Shown: positions 1-10,261 of the stretch, piece after piece
How the letters are laid out: the number at the start of each line of letters is the position of its first letter
Position numbering within the stretch: position 1 is the first letter of the stretch
Translations under genes and position numbers: made by a program
Assembly: GCA_963785045.1 (NCBI GenBank)
Contig: CAWAUC010000020.1
Coordinates: 277,661-341,660, forward strand
Reading direction: 5' to 3'
DNA length: 64,000 nt
Source of the DNA: an uncultured delta proteobacterium
GTDB taxonomy: Bacteria; Desulfobacterota; Desulfobacteria; Desulfobacterales; SpSt-501
The notes under the pieces: model-generated
Told to the model about the DNA's origin: nothing
What the model saw: only the letters and a program-made list of their open reading frames with translations
Databases searched by the model: none

Positions 1-1
1 T

Positions 2-742
2 AGGCGGATTTACCAGTTTCTCATCATCTACCTGTTGGGAATCGCCCTGCTGTTTGCGCTGAAATACACGCTGGGGCTCTCGAATTACGTCATCCCCAGC
101 CCCTATGAGATCTGGCGGACCGGCCGCGCCTATGCCGGCCCGTATCTTTTGGCCGTGCTGAACACGCTGGCGGTGGCGATTCTCGGACACCTATTGTCCA
201 TCTGCCTGGCAACGGCAGTGGCGGTTCTCGGCCGCCTGACCGCCTGGTTCGGCTCCTTCATCCGCACGGCGGCCTACAACATCCAGGCCTATCCGATCGT
301 GGCGATCGCACCGATCATCTTCATTCTGCTGGGCGACGGTCTGGCCTCGCGGCTGCTGATCGCCGCCATGATCTGCTATTTCCCGTTGCTGCTGTCCTTC
401 ATCGGAATTTTCTCCGAACCGGTGACCGACATCGAGCATTTCTACGAGTCGACCGGACGGATCAACTGGCGGCTGCAGGTGAAGATCCGGGCCTTTGAAA
501 ACATGCACAAGCTCACCACCGTGATTGTGGGCAGCGCCACCATGGCCATGGTCGGCACCATCGTAGCGGAGTTCATCGCCGCCACGGCCGGCATCGGCTA
601 CAGCATCCGCATCGCCCTCTACCAGAGCGACCTGGCCAAGATCCTCGTCGCGCTGTTCCTGATCGGCATCGGCACCTCGCTTTACCTGGTGAGTCTCGAG
701 GGGATCGGCAATGCGCTTCAAGCTCGCTTGAAGCGCAGGTAG
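2..742 (+). CDS. ABC transporter permease (NitT/TauT, SsuC-like family); 5' end probably outside window
   Basis: The frame stays open to the window edge (..RRIYQFLIIYLLGIALLF..). The ORF-track start at 35 is a TTG. It is a multi-TM protein of binding-protein-dependent permease type, directly upstream of an NMT1/THI5-like binding protein. Confidence 0.8.
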   Translation, partial: RRIYQFLIIYLLGIALLFALKYTLGLSNYVIPSPYEIWRTGRAYAGPYLLAVLNTLAVAILGHLLSICLATAVAVLGRLTAWFGSFIRTAAYNIQAYPIVAIAPIIFILLGDGLASRLLIAAMICYFPLLLSFIGIFSEPVTDIEHFYESTGRINWRLQVKIRAFENMHKLTTVIVGSATMAMVGTIVAEFIAATAGIGYSIRIALYQSDLAKILVALFLIGIGTSLYLVSLEGIGNALQARLKRR

Positions 743-813
743 ACGGGTTTTGAGATTGGCGCTATGAGTGTGCGGTATAGGAACAATCCACTGCACGACG
801 GGCTCTTCGTCAG

Positions 814-1821
814 GTGGCGGAAGCGAGGGGACTGGATTTGCGAACGAAGCGAGCATATTTACTGTTAGCCGGTCTACTTTTTATTTTTGCGTGCGGGCAA
901 AAAGAAAAAGTGGAGGAGGTGAACTACCGCCTCAAGTGGCTTTACAACGTGAGCGTCGTCGGCGACCTGTACGCCGATGCGTACGGGTATTTCGCGAAAA
1001 ACGGCTTGAAGGTCAACGTGAAACCCGGCGGTCCCGAGCTCGACGCCTTAAAAGAGCTGGAACTCGGCCACGCCCAGTTTGGGGTCGCCTCGGCCGACCA
1101 GGTTTTGCGGGCCGTGGCCAAAGGGTCGCCGATCGTGGTGCTGGCGCAGCTCTTCCAGATCAATCCGCTGCAGTGGATCTTTCGGCCGGACAAGACCCCT
1201 TTTTCCGGCCCGGCGGACTGGAAGGGCAAGGTGATCGGGGTCACTTTCGGCGGCAACGACGAGACCATCATGCGGGCCCTGCTCGCCCGGTATGGCATCG
1301 CCGAAAACGAGGTGAGCCTCTTCAGCGTGCGCTACGACTACACTCCGTTTTATGAAGGCCGGGTGGACTTCTGGCCGATTTATGTGAACGCCGAAGCGGT
1401 CATCATCGGCGCCAAGCTCGGCCAGGCCGGCGAGAGGTACGCCTTCGTGAGCCCGGATGCGCTCGGGGTCCGCTTCGTGGCCAACTCCGTGGTGACCAGC
1501 CGGGAGATGTTGGAAAAGCATCCCGGCACCGTAAAGCGCTTCCTCGCCGCCCTGCGCCAGGGCTGGCAGGATGCCCTGGACCCGCAGAACGAAGAGAAGG
1601 CCGTGCAGGTGCTGCTTCAAATGGATCGGGAAACCCCGGCGGCGATCGTCCGCCGCCAGCTTCCGGTGACCCGCAAGCTAATGCTGCCCGCGCCGGGCGC
1701 CGTGTTCGGCCGGATCGACGTTGACGCCTGGAAGCAGACCGCGCAGATCATGGCGGCCCAAAAGCTCATACCGGCGCACCTGAACGTCGCATCCGTGCTG
1801 ATGACCGATCTAAAAAAATAA
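814..1821 (+). CDS. ABC transporter substrate-binding lipoprotein, NMT1/THI5-like (SsuA/ThiY-like)
   Basis: GTG start at 814, with an alternative TTG at 838. Lipobox-like signal LLAGLLFIFAC. NMT1/THI5-type blocks are present (YRLKWLYNVSVVGDLYADAYGYF, FGVASADQVLRA). Confidence 0.75.
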   Translation: MAEARGLDLRTKRAYLLLAGLLFIFACGQKEKVEEVNYRLKWLYNVSVVGDLYADAYGYFAKNGLKVNVKPGGPELDALKELELGHAQFGVASADQVLRAVAKGSPIVVLAQLFQINPLQWIFRPDKTPFSGPADWKGKVIGVTFGGNDETIMRALLARYGIAENEVSLFSVRYDYTPFYEGRVDFWPIYVNAEAVIIGAKLGQAGERYAFVSPDALGVRFVANSVVTSREMLEKHPGTVKRFLAALRQGWQDALDPQNEEKAVQVLLQMDRETPAAIVRRQLPVTRKLMLPAPGAVFGRIDVDAWKQTAQIMAAQKLIPAHLNVASVLMTDLKK

Positions 1822-1842
1822 CCTGAGAGAGGAGTATCGAAA

Positions 1843-3516
1843 ATGGCTAAACGCAGCGATTTGATGACCAAAGGCCCGGAGCGGGCGCCGCACCGCTCGC
1901 TGTTGCGGGCGGAAGGCTTCACGGACTGGGAAATGCAACAGCCGATGATCGGCATCGCCAATTCGTTCAACGAGATCATTCCCGGCCACTCCCACCTCGA
2001 CAAACTGGTGGACGCCGTCAAGGCGGGGGTTTACGCCGCCGGCGGGACCCCGGTGGTCTTCAACACCATCGGTGTCTGCGACGGGATTGCCATGAACCAC
2101 GTGGGCATGAAGTACTCGCTGCCCAGCCGGGAGCTCATCGCCGACTCGATCGAGATCATGGCCATGGCCCACCCGTTTGACGGACTGGTGCTGATGGCCT
2201 CCTGCGACAAGATCATTCCGGGCATGCTGATCGCGGCCGCACGGCTGAACATCCCGTCGATCTTCCTGCCCGGCGGGCCCATGCTGCCGGGCCGGCTGCA
2301 CGGCAAGGACACCGGGCTCGACAAGGTCTTCGAGGCCGTCGGCAGGTTCAAGGGGGGCAGGCTCTCGGCCGGCGAGCTCAAGAAATACGAGTGTGCCGCC
2401 TGTCCCGGCGCCGGCTCCTGCGCCGGCATGTTCACCGCCAACACCATGAGCAACCTCTCGGAGGCCCTGGGCATGACGCTGCCCTTCGGCGGCAGCGCCC
2501 CGGCCGTTTACGCCGACCGCACCTGGATCGCCAAGCAGACCGGACGTGCGGCGGTCGAGCTCGTGAAAAACAAGATCCGGCCACGGGACATCCTGACCCG
2601 CGCGGCTTTCCACAACGCCATCGCAACCGACATGGCCCTCGGCGGGTCCACCAACAGCGCCCTGCACCTTCCGGCCATTGCCTACTATGCCGAGGTGGAT
2701 GTCACGCTGGCGGATTTCGGAAAGTTCACGGACAAGACCCCGCATCTCACCTCGCTCGCGCCGGCCGGCCCGCACCACGTCGTGGATTTCTTCCACGCCG
2801 GCGGCATCCCGGCCATCCTCTCCGAACTGCGCAAGGCCGGCCTCATTAACGAGAAGGCCATGACCGTCTTCGGCAAACCCGTGGGAAAGATGCTCGATGC
2901 CATCAAAGCCGGCATCAAGGACCCGGCGGTCATCCGCCCGCTGAAAAACCCGGTGCACCCTACAGGCGGCCTGGCCGTGCTGACCGGCAATCTCGCCCCG
3001 CAGGGGGCGGTCGTGAAGCAGGCGGCAGTGTCCGAAGAAATGCTCAAGCACAGCGGACCGGCGCGGATCTTCAACTCGGAGGAGGAGGCGTTCAAGGCCA
3101 TCGTGGCCGGCAAGGTCCGCCAGGGGGACGTGGTGGTCGTGCGCTACGAGGGCCCACGGGGCGGACCCGGCATGCAGGAGATGCTCTCCCCCACCGCGGC
3201 CCTGGCCGGAATGGGGCTTGACAAGCAGGTGGCGCTGATCACCGACGGCCGGTTCTCGGGGGCGAGCCGCGGGGCCGCCATCGGCCACATTTCACCGGAG
3301 GCCGCCGCACGGGGGCCGATCGCGGCACTTCAGGAAGGCGATACCATCGCGATCGACATCCCCGCCAAAACACTCAGCGTCCGGCTCTCTGCGAAAGAGA
3401 TCAAGAAGCGTTTGGCGGCGCTGCCGGAATTCAAGGCCAAGATCGGAAGCGGCTACCTGGCCCGCTACGCGGCGATCGTCTCCAGCGCGGACAAAGGTGC
3501 AGTGTTTCCGCGTTAG
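1843..3516 (+). CDS. ilvD: dihydroxy-acid dehydratase
   Basis: 557 aa with IlvD/Edd signature blocks: [68 protein letters not shown]. Confidence 0.92.
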   Translation: MAKRSDLMTKGPERAPHRSLLRAEGFTDWEMQQPMIGIANSFNEIIPGHSHLDKLVDAVKAGVYAAGGTPVVFNTIGVCDGIAMNHVGMKYSLPSRELIADSIEIMAMAHPFDGLVLMASCDKIIPGMLIAAARLNIPSIFLPGGPMLPGRLHGKDTGLDKVFEAVGRFKGGRLSAGELKKYECAACPGAGSCAGMFTANTMSNLSEALGMTLPFGGSAPAVYADRTWIAKQTGRAAVELVKNKIRPRDILTRAAFHNAIATDMALGGSTNSALHLPAIAYYAEVDVTLADFGKFTDKTPHLTSLAPAGPHHVVDFFHAGGIPAILSELRKAGLINEKAMTVFGKPVGKMLDAIKAGIKDPAVIRPLKNPVHPTGGLAVLTGNLAPQGAVVKQAAVSEEMLKHSGPARIFNSEEEAFKAIVAGKVRQGDVVVVRYEGPRGGPGMQEMLSPTAALAGMGLDKQVALITDGRFSGASRGAAIGHISPEAAARGPIAALQEGDTIAIDIPAKTLSVRLSAKEIKKRLAALPEFKAKIGSGYLARYAAIVSSADKGAVFPR

Positions 3517-3529
3517 CGTTAGCAGGGTG

Positions 3530-3656
3530 TTGAAAAACAAGTATCAGGCTGTCAGCCAAGGCGTGCGGCGTTTTGGAAAGCGCAGCATATGCGGTCATAT
3601 GTGAGCATTTGCAAAAGCCGCACAACGCCGGATCACAGACTTAGACGCCGTTTTTC
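3530..3656. repeat. MITE-like intergenic repeat, copy A (both terminal inverted repeats, short or alternative core)
   Basis: Starts GGTGTTGAAAAACAAGTATCAGGCTGTCAGCCAAGGCG and ends GCCGCACAACGCCGGATCAC..GACGCCGTTTTTCAACATC. The arms match copies at 10331, 44284 and 44564. It lies between convergent ilvD and the J-domain gene. Confidence 0.65.
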
Positions 3657-3665
3657 AACATCCTG

Positions 3666-4415
3666 TCAATCCTCTTTTCGGATTCTGCGCACCGGGGCGG
3701 GCTGGGTCCAGCGATCGAGGCCGCCCTCGTAGAACCATTTGTCCGGAAAGCCCCGGCGCGTGGTGAAGGTGGGGTTTTCCGCCCAGCGGATGAGCTGTTC
3801 GTAGGCATCGCGCAGTTTGCGGAACAGGGTCGCATCCCCGCCTTGGTCGGGGTGGTGCCGTTTCGCCTGCCGCCGGAACGCCCGCTTGATGATCTGCTGC
3901 AGGTTGGCCGAATATAGGTCCTTCTGCCGGAGTTTGAGGTGCGTCATGGATCTGGCCATGCGCGCCGGCTCCCGCACCTCCATCGGCCGCACGGAGTTGA
4001 TGCCCCCGTCTTTCGGGCTGGCCTTGGCAAGAATGCTGCGGGTGGCGAGGTAGCGCTTCTTGGTCCTGCGCACCTCTTCCCACCAGGCGTTGCCGAGCAG
4101 GTTGAACATGCGGCAGAAGTCGTCCACCGGCTTCTGGCCGTTGGCTCGGGGATAAATGAAGCTGAAAAGATCCGTCGACCCGTAGGTCAGGATGTCCAGG
4201 GCGATGATGGTATCGGTGAAATAGAAGGTCGCGTAGCGGGTCTGCAGGACCTGGAGCAGGCCGGTGCGCATGTTGAGGTTGTGGCGCAGCTTCTGGCGGC
4301 ATTCGATGGAGCAGTACCGCCGCCGCTTCATGTTCGCGGTGGTACCGCAGGACAAGCAGCGCCGGATGTGGCCGTTGTCCTTGATCAACGAATATGTGGG
4401 ACGATGGTGACTCAT
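3666..4415 (-). CDS. J-domain protein with N-terminal CxxC..CxxxC zinc-ribbon-like motif
   Basis: The C-terminal J-domain signature is KRAFRRQAKRHHPDQGGDATLFRKLRDAYEQL, including the HPD tripeptide. The N-terminus carries CLSCG..(13)..CSIEC. The ORF extends to 4463, but the Met at 4415 (MSHHRP) is my preferred start. Confidence 0.7.
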   Translation of the reverse strand: MSHHRPTYSLIKDNGHIRRCLSCGTTANMKRRRYCSIECRQKLRHNLNMRTGLLQVLQTRYATFYFTDTIIALDILTYGSTDLFSFIYPRANGQKPVDDFCRMFNLLGNAWWEEVRRTKKRYLATRSILAKASPKDGGINSVRPMEVREPARMARSMTHLKLRQKDLYSANLQQIIKRAFRRQAKRHHPDQGGDATLFRKLRDAYEQLIRWAENPTFTTRRGFPDKWFYEGGLDRWTQPAPVRRIRKED

Positions 4416-4616
4416 GACCGGATCAATAAATTTTAAGGTTAATGCAAGGCGCCATGATAGCATGCCGGATGCCCGCAGGTCAAAGACCGCAGGGCGGGCA
4501 CGTCCGATTTTCGCTTGCCTTGGGGGGATCCCGCATTACGTTTAGCATCGATGAAGGCAACCCGTCCACGAAACCGCCGCTACGAAAGGAGATGAAGCCC
4601 TTCAAAGCGCTTCACC

Positions 4617-5798
4617 ATGTTGAGGCCCATGATCTTTGTCTCCGTTTTCTTTTTGGTCAGCGTCACTACCCATTTCTTTCTTTACCGGTTTGCCGTGCGT
4701 GGCCTGGGCGTCACCCACCCGGCCCTGCGGGTGCTCATGCTGGGCGCCTTCGCGCTGCTGGCCGTAAGCTTCATGGCGGCCTTTTTTCTCATCCGCTGGG
4801 ATGAAAACCCTTTCACAATAGGCTTCTACAAGATCTCCGCGGTGTGGTTCGCCCTTTCCATCAACCTGGTCCTGGCGGCGGCAGCGACCTGGCTGCTCTA
4901 CGGCAGCCTGCGGGCCTGCGGTGTTTCGGCGGCAAGCTTCCGGGTGCTTGGGGCGGCCTGCGTGCTGCTTGGGCTAACCGGGTCGGCCTGGGGTTTCTGG
5001 AGCGCCTTTCACCCCGTCATCACACCGGTCGAGGTGCATCTGGAAAACCTGCCCGAATCCTGGCGGGATAAAACCATCGTGCAGATCTCCGACCTGCATC
5101 TCGGGCACTTCCACACCGCGGCCGGGGCGGCAAGGCTGGTGGAGCGCGTCAATGCCCTCGCGCCGGACATGGTCGTGATCACCGGAGACCTGTTCGACGG
5201 CATGATCGACGGCCTGCCGGCCTTTGCGGAGCCCCTCGAGCGCCTTTCGGCGCGCAAGGGCGTCTACTTCGTGACCGGCAACCACGAAGTGTATGCCGGC
5301 CTGCAGCGGTGCCTGGATGTCGTCGCCCGGGCCGGTATCCGGGTGCTTTTCAACGAGGTCGTTGATGTCGATGGGCTGCACCTGATGGGGGTCGCCTATC
5401 CGGGGGTCGCGGACGAACGGCAGATCCGCGGGGTTGAACGGCTGACCCGGCCTGGCCCTGATCACCGGCCGTGCATCCTGCTGTTTCATACGCCGACCGA
5501 CATTCGTCACGACGCGACCCTGGACCGCCGCACGGCCACCTACTGGCGGCCGGACACCTCTTTCGCCCTGAGCAAAAAACTGGGAGTTTCACTGCAGCTC
5601 TCCGGCCACACGCACCGCGGTCAGATCTTCCCATTCGGCCTGCTGACCCGTTGGATCTTCAACGGGTATGATTACGGCCTGCACCGCGAGAAGGGCTTCG
5701 CCATCTATACCTCGAGCGGTGTCGGCACCTGGGGGCCGCCCATGCGCACGGGAACATCGCCGGAAATCGTGGTCTTCACCCTCAGAGCGGCTTCGTAA
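4617..5798 (+). CDS. membrane-anchored metallophosphoesterase (calcineurin-like, YkuE-type)
   Basis: N-terminal TM helices are followed by phosphoesterase motifs: ISDLHLGH, ITGDLFDG, GNHE, SGHTHRGQ. Confidence 0.82.
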   Translation: MLRPMIFVSVFFLVSVTTHFFLYRFAVRGLGVTHPALRVLMLGAFALLAVSFMAAFFLIRWDENPFTIGFYKISAVWFALSINLVLAAAATWLLYGSLRACGVSAASFRVLGAACVLLGLTGSAWGFWSAFHPVITPVEVHLENLPESWRDKTIVQISDLHLGHFHTAAGAARLVERVNALAPDMVVITGDLFDGMIDGLPAFAEPLERLSARKGVYFVTGNHEVYAGLQRCLDVVARAGIRVLFNEVVDVDGLHLMGVAYPGVADERQIRGVERLTRPGPDHRPCILLFHTPTDIRHDATLDRRTATYWRPDTSFALSKKLGVSLQLSGHTHRGQIFPFGLLTRWIFNGYDYGLHREKGFAIYTSSGVGTWGPPMRTGTSPEIVVFTLRAAS

Positions 5799-5800
5799 CG

Positions 5801-6973
5801 ATGAGCGAATACATCGAACACGACCGGCAGCAGGTTTCGGTCGGCATCGTCGCAAAGAAGCACTTCGCCTTCGCGGCGCCGCCGAACGCGATGGAGCTCG
5901 AATGCGGCGCCCGGCTGGGGCCGGTCACCATCGCCTACGAAACCTACGGCCGCCTGGCCCCGGACCGCAGGAACGCGGTGCTGGTCCTGCACGCCCTCTC
6001 GGGGGATTCCCACGTGGCCGGCTACTATACAGCGGCGGATGAGAAGCCCGGGTGGTGGGACTGCATGGTGGGGCCCGGCAAGGGCATCGACACGGACACC
6101 TATTTCGTCGTCTGCGCCAATATCCTCGGCAGCTGCATGGGCTCGACCGGGCCTTCCAGCGTGAACCCCGCCACCGGCCGGGCGTACGGCCTGGACTTCC
6201 CGGTGGTCACCATCGGCGACATGGTCACCGCACAAAAGGCCCTCATTGACCACCTGGGCATCGAGAAGCTTTTGTGCGTGGTCGGGGGCTCCATCGGCGG
6301 CATGCAGGTGCTGGAGTGGAGCGCGCGCTACCCGGAGATGGTCTTTTCCGCCATTCCGCTTGCCACCACCATGCGGCACTCGGCGCTGGCCATCGCCTTC
6401 AACGAGGTCGCCCGGCAGTCGATCATGGCGGACCCGCACTGGAATCACGGCAACTATTACGGCGGCCAAAAACCGGGCCTCGGCCTGGCGGTGGCGCGGA
6501 TGATCGCTCACATCACCTATCTCTCCGATGAGTCCATGCGCCTGAAGTTCGGCCGCCGGCTCCAGGACAAAAACGATTTCTCCTTCAACTTCGACGCCGA
6601 CTTCCAGGTGGAGAGCTACCTGCGCTACCAGGGGACGAAATTCGTGGAGCGCTTCGACGCCAACTCGTTTCTCTATATCACCAAGGCGGCGGACTACTTC
6701 GACCTGGGCAAGCAGCACGGGGAGGGCTCTGCGGTCAAGGCCTGTTCCAAGGCCCAGGCTAAATTCCTGGTAATCTCCTTCACCTCGGACTGGCTTTACC
6801 CGACCTACCAGGCCAGGAAGATAGTGAAAGCCTTGAAGAAAAACGGTCGGGATGTGAGCTTCTGTGAAATCGAGGCCGAATGGGGCCACGACGCGTTTCT
6901 GATCCCCGGAGAACGCCTGAAGACGTTGATCCATGGATTTCTGGAGCGGGTGCACGATGAATTCGCCGCCTAA
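5801..6973 (+). CDS. metX: homoserine O-acetyltransferase
   Basis: 390 aa alpha/beta hydrolase with MetX-typical blocks (LECGARLGPVTIAYETYG, VLVLHALSGDSH, VVGGSIGGMQVLEW, GHDAFL). It is followed by an overlapping metW. Confidence 0.9.
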   Translation: MSEYIEHDRQQVSVGIVAKKHFAFAAPPNAMELECGARLGPVTIAYETYGRLAPDRRNAVLVLHALSGDSHVAGYYTAADEKPGWWDCMVGPGKGIDTDTYFVVCANILGSCMGSTGPSSVNPATGRAYGLDFPVVTIGDMVTAQKALIDHLGIEKLLCVVGGSIGGMQVLEWSARYPEMVFSAIPLATTMRHSALAIAFNEVARQSIMADPHWNHGNYYGGQKPGLGLAVARMIAHITYLSDESMRLKFGRRLQDKNDFSFNFDADFQVESYLRYQGTKFVERFDANSFLYITKAADYFDLGKQHGEGSAVKACSKAQAKFLVISFTSDWLYPTYQARKIVKALKKNGRDVSFCEIEAEWGHDAFLIPGERLKTLIHGFLERVHDEFAA

Positions 6974-7574
6974 CCTCATCCGCTACGACCTGCAGCGCAT
7001 CGCCTCCTGGATCGAACCTGGCTCGCGGGTGCTGGATCTAGGCTGCGGCGAGGGCGACCTGTTGCAGCACCTGATCGCCCGCAAGGGGGTGACCGGAACC
7101 GGCATCGAGCACAACGAGGAGAAGGTCGCCCGCTGCATCGAGAAGGGGCTTTCGGTCCTGCAGGGCGACATCAGCGAGGAGGTCCTCGACTATCCCGACA
7201 ACGCTTTCGACTACGTCATCCTGAGCCAGACCCTGCAGCAGGTCTACGAGCCGGCAGCCTTGATCCGCTCCATGCTGCGCATCGGCCACAAGGGCATCGT
7301 GAGCTTTCCGAACTTCAGCCACTGGGGAATCCGGCTGCAAGTGATCTTCACCGGCTACGCCCCGGTCTCCCGCCAGCTCCCCCACCAATGGTACGAAACA
7401 CCCAACATCCGGGTGATCACCCTGAAAGATTTCCGGAAGTTCGTCCATGAGGTGGGGCTGCGGGTCCTCAATGAGGTTGCCATCAACACCCACTCCCAGG
7501 ATCGCTACGGCCGCATCATCGCCTTCCTGCCGAACCTGAGGGCGACGTACGGGATTTATTTGATCGGAAAGTAA
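6957..7574 (+). CDS. metW: methionine biosynthesis protein MetW
   Basis: SAM-MTase-like motif VLDLGCGEGDLL and the typical metX-metW overlap. The preferred start is MNSPPN at 6957; the ORF track begins at 6933. Confidence 0.85.
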   Translation: MNSPPNLIRYDLQRIASWIEPGSRVLDLGCGEGDLLQHLIARKGVTGTGIEHNEEKVARCIEKGLSVLQGDISEEVLDYPDNAFDYVILSQTLQQVYEPAALIRSMLRIGHKGIVSFPNFSHWGIRLQVIFTGYAPVSRQLPHQWYETPNIRVITLKDFRKFVHEVGLRVLNEVAINTHSQDRYGRIIAFLPNLRATYGIYLIGK

Positions 7575-7587
7575 TGAGGTGACTCTC

Positions 7588-8037
7588 ATGAAAATCGTAT
7601 CCATTGCGGTGAGTAAGAAAAAGGGGACTCAAAAAACCCCGGTCGCAGAGGCGTTCTTGTCGAAAGACCACGGCCTCGCGGGCGACGCCCACGCCGGCCC
7701 ATGGCACCGCCAAGTGAGTTTTCTGTCCTCCGAGAGCATCGATCGGGCCCGCGAACAGGGGCTCGATGTCGGCTTCGGCGACTTTGCCGAGAACATCGCA
7801 ACTCTCGGGATCGATTGGAAAACAATTCCAATCGGCACCCGCGTCCGTCTCGGCGAAAAGGCGGTCGTGGAGATCACCCAAATCGGCAAAGAGTGCCACA
7901 ACCGCTGCGCGATCTATTACAAGGCCGGTGACTGTATCATGCCCCGCGAGGGGGTCTTTGCCCGGGTGCTCGAAGAGGGGGCCATTCGATGCAATGATCC
8001 GATCGAAATCATCGGGACCCCGTCCATGCCCGCCTAA
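7588..8037 (+). CDS. MOSC domain-containing protein
   Basis: About 150 aa with MOSC-like blocks (GLAGDAHAGPWHRQVS, GDFAENI, ITQIGKECH, CIMPREGVFARV). A GAGGTG RBS lies ahead of the ATG at 7588. Confidence 0.78.
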   Translation: MKIVSIAVSKKKGTQKTPVAEAFLSKDHGLAGDAHAGPWHRQVSFLSSESIDRAREQGLDVGFGDFAENIATLGIDWKTIPIGTRVRLGEKAVVEITQIGKECHNRCAIYYKAGDCIMPREGVFARVLEEGAIRCNDPIEIIGTPSMPA

Positions 8038-8247
8038 CCCGGAAAGCAGGGTCTCCGGCGCCGCAGCCGGCGGGGCATGACCCCTGCCCTCCCCAGACCG
8101 ATTCCGACCGGCTCCGGACCATCGCAGCCGCCGATAGTCCATTGTAATGGCAGAGGATATTTGTGCTTCCGCACTCCATCCCACCCCTCTGTGTCTGCCT
8201 TCGGCCAGCCCCTTTGCGGGAGCCACCCCACGCCGGCCAATTGCTGT

Positions 8248-8274
8248 TAAAGTTTCCGGCCTAACGACCGATAT
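8248..8274 (+). promoter_or_regulatory. sigma-28 (FliA)-type promoter upstream of motAB
   Basis: The sequence is TAAAGTTT-N11-ACCGATAT, against the enterobacterial FliA consensus TAAAGTTT-N11-GCCGATAA. It lies about 145 nt upstream of the motA start. Confidence 0.55.
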
Positions 8275-8418
8275 ACAAATAGTAGGTCATTTTCTGACGC
8301 AACCGCACCCTGATCCGCCTGGGGCGGGAGCAGGTCCGCGCTCCCGACACGGCAGTTGCAACCGCGCGCAAAGCCCGCGGGGTGGGGGCAAAAAAATCCA
8401 TCACACCAGAGGTCTCCA

Positions 8419-9273
8419 GTGTTTGTCATCATAGGGTTTGTAGTGGTCATCGCTTCGGTCCTCGGTGGATTCTGGGAGGCGGGCGGACCCTTCAGGGTTT
8501 TGATTCAGCCGGCCGAGATCATGATTATCTGCGGCGCGGGCCTGGGTGCCCTCCTGGCATCGGCGCCGAAAAGCGTCCTCCAGAGCCTGCTTCATAAATC
8601 CATCGGTGCCCTGACGGGTTCCACCGTTACCAAGCGCACCTACCTCTCGGTTCTGAAGCTCATGTACGAACTGCTCTACATGGCCCAGAAGGAGGGACTG
8701 ATCGCGCTGGAAAAACACATCGAATCCCCGGCGGAAAGCTCGATTTTTTCGAAATATGCCGACGTCCTCTCCCAGAGCACGCTGATCTCCTTCATGACCG
8801 ACACCTTCCGCATGGTCATTATCGGCGGCATCGCCTCCCATGACCTGGAAGCCCTCATGGAAGGGGACATCGACACCCAGCACAACGACATGAAGAAGCC
8901 GAGTGCAGTCCTATCGAAAATCGGCGACACCATGCCCGGTCTGGGGATCGTGGCGGCGGTCCTCGGCATCGTCATCACCATGCAGGCCATCGACGGCCCC
9001 GCCGGCGAGATCGGCAAGAAGGTCGCGGCCGCCCTGGTGGGGACCTTCCTGGGAATTTTCTTGTGCTACGGGTTCATCCAGCCTCTGGCATGCAATCTTG
9101 AGATCGCCGGCGAAACGGAAATGCAGGTCTTCGAGGTCGTCAAGTCCGCCATCGCCGCCTTCGCCCGGGGGTTCAGCCCGCTCGTCTGCGTGGAGTTCGC
9201 GCGACGCAGCATCCCGACCGAGACCCGGCCGGAATTCTCGGAAATGGAAGCCCACGTAAAGGATAAGCAGTGA
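8419..9273 (+). CDS. motA: flagellar motor stator protein MotA
   Basis: MotA/TolQ/ExbB-type channel of about 285 aa with 4 TM segments. The probable GTG start at 8419 has an upstream GAGG; the ORF track starts at 8356. It is translationally coupled to motB. Confidence 0.8.
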   Translation: MFVIIGFVVVIASVLGGFWEAGGPFRVLIQPAEIMIICGAGLGALLASAPKSVLQSLLHKSIGALTGSTVTKRTYLSVLKLMYELLYMAQKEGLIALEKHIESPAESSIFSKYADVLSQSTLISFMTDTFRMVIIGGIASHDLEALMEGDIDTQHNDMKKPSAVLSKIGDTMPGLGIVAAVLGIVITMQAIDGPAGEIGKKVAAALVGTFLGIFLCYGFIQPLACNLEIAGETEMQVFEVVKSAIAAFARGFSPLVCVEFARRSIPTETRPEFSEMEAHVKDKQ

Positions 9274-10166
9274 GCGACGGCGAAAAAATCACGATTATCA
9301 GGAAGGTCAATAAACGAGGCGCTCACGCGGGGCATCACGGCGGGGCCTGGAAGGTGGCGTATGCCGATTTTGTCACGGCCATGATGGCGCTCTTCATCGT
9401 GCTGTGGATCGTCGCCAATAACGTGACCGTCCGCGCCTCCGTGGCCGACTATTTCAGGGATCCGGGCGCCATGCACAAGAACTCCTCCGGCGTGATGAAC
9501 GGCGTCAACTCGATGAAACCCTTCTCCGACTCGAAACCAGCGGAAATGTCGGTGCCGAACCCCCACGCGCCCCAGCCCACCGGAACGGCGTCCCCGCCCC
9601 AGGAGGCGGAGGTGGAAAAGCTCCGGCAGGAAGGCGAACGGCTGATGAAGATGATCGCGGCCATACCCGACCTGAGCAGGTTCAAGGACCAGATTGAGAT
9701 CAAAATCACCAAAGAGGGTCTGCGGATCGAGCTGATCGAGCAGGCCGAGGGGCTTTTCTTCGACATCGGCAGCGCCCGGCTCAAGCCGGATGCTGCGCAG
9801 TTGCTCAAGCTGATCGCCTCCCGAATCGGCACCTTCCCGAACGACGTGGTCATCGAAGGCCACACCGACAGCCGCCCTTACACGCGCGCCGGGTACAGCA
9901 ACTGGGACCTCAGTTCCGACCGTGCCAATTCGGCGCGCCGGGTGCTTGAGGAGAACGGCATCCGTGAGCGGCAGATCGCCAGCGTCAACGGGTATGCCGA
10001 CCGACGCCTGAAAAACCCGGACAAGCCCTTGGACTATTCCAACCGACGCGTCACGATCCTGGTAGCCTTTTCCACCTCGCTGAGCAGCACGCCCAAAACC
10101 ATTGATCCGGCCACAGCACCACTGGTCCAGAAGCCGATCATCGTCGGCCGCGGCGGACCCGGTTGA
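9270..10166 (+). CDS. motB: flagellar motor protein MotB (OmpA-like C-terminal domain)
   Basis: N-terminal block WKVAYADFVTAMMALFIVLW and OmpA-like block VVIEGHTDSRPY..YSNWDLSSDRANSARRVL. The GTG start overlaps the motA stop. Confidence 0.85.
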   Translation: MSDGEKITIIRKVNKRGAHAGHHGGAWKVAYADFVTAMMALFIVLWIVANNVTVRASVADYFRDPGAMHKNSSGVMNGVNSMKPFSDSKPAEMSVPNPHAPQPTGTASPPQEAEVEKLRQEGERLMKMIAAIPDLSRFKDQIEIKITKEGLRIELIEQAEGLFFDIGSARLKPDAAQLLKLIASRIGTFPNDVVIEGHTDSRPYTRAGYSNWDLSSDRANSARRVLEENGIRERQIASVNGYADRRLKNPDKPLDYSNRRVTILVAFSTSLSSTPKTIDPATAPLVQKPIIVGRGGPG

Positions 10167-10261
10167 CTTTCGCCCTGCTTTGCCGTTAGACTGATTGCAA
10201 TTGTCACCATCGCCATCCGAGCTCACCCTGAGATAGGATTACCATAGTGTCGGACGATAAA

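Noticed and set aside
1810-3288. Long antisense or out-of-frame ORFs overlapping clear genes. Examples are 1810-3288(-), 5705-6979(-), 13727-16363(+), 41316-43100(-), 46695-47999(-), 49413-51227(-), 10702-11691(+) and 45975-46721(+).
   Set aside because: These are typical shadow ORFs of GC-rich DNA. Their translations are low-complexity Arg/Pro/Gly/Ala-rich, have no motifs, and each overlaps a gene with strong family signatures.
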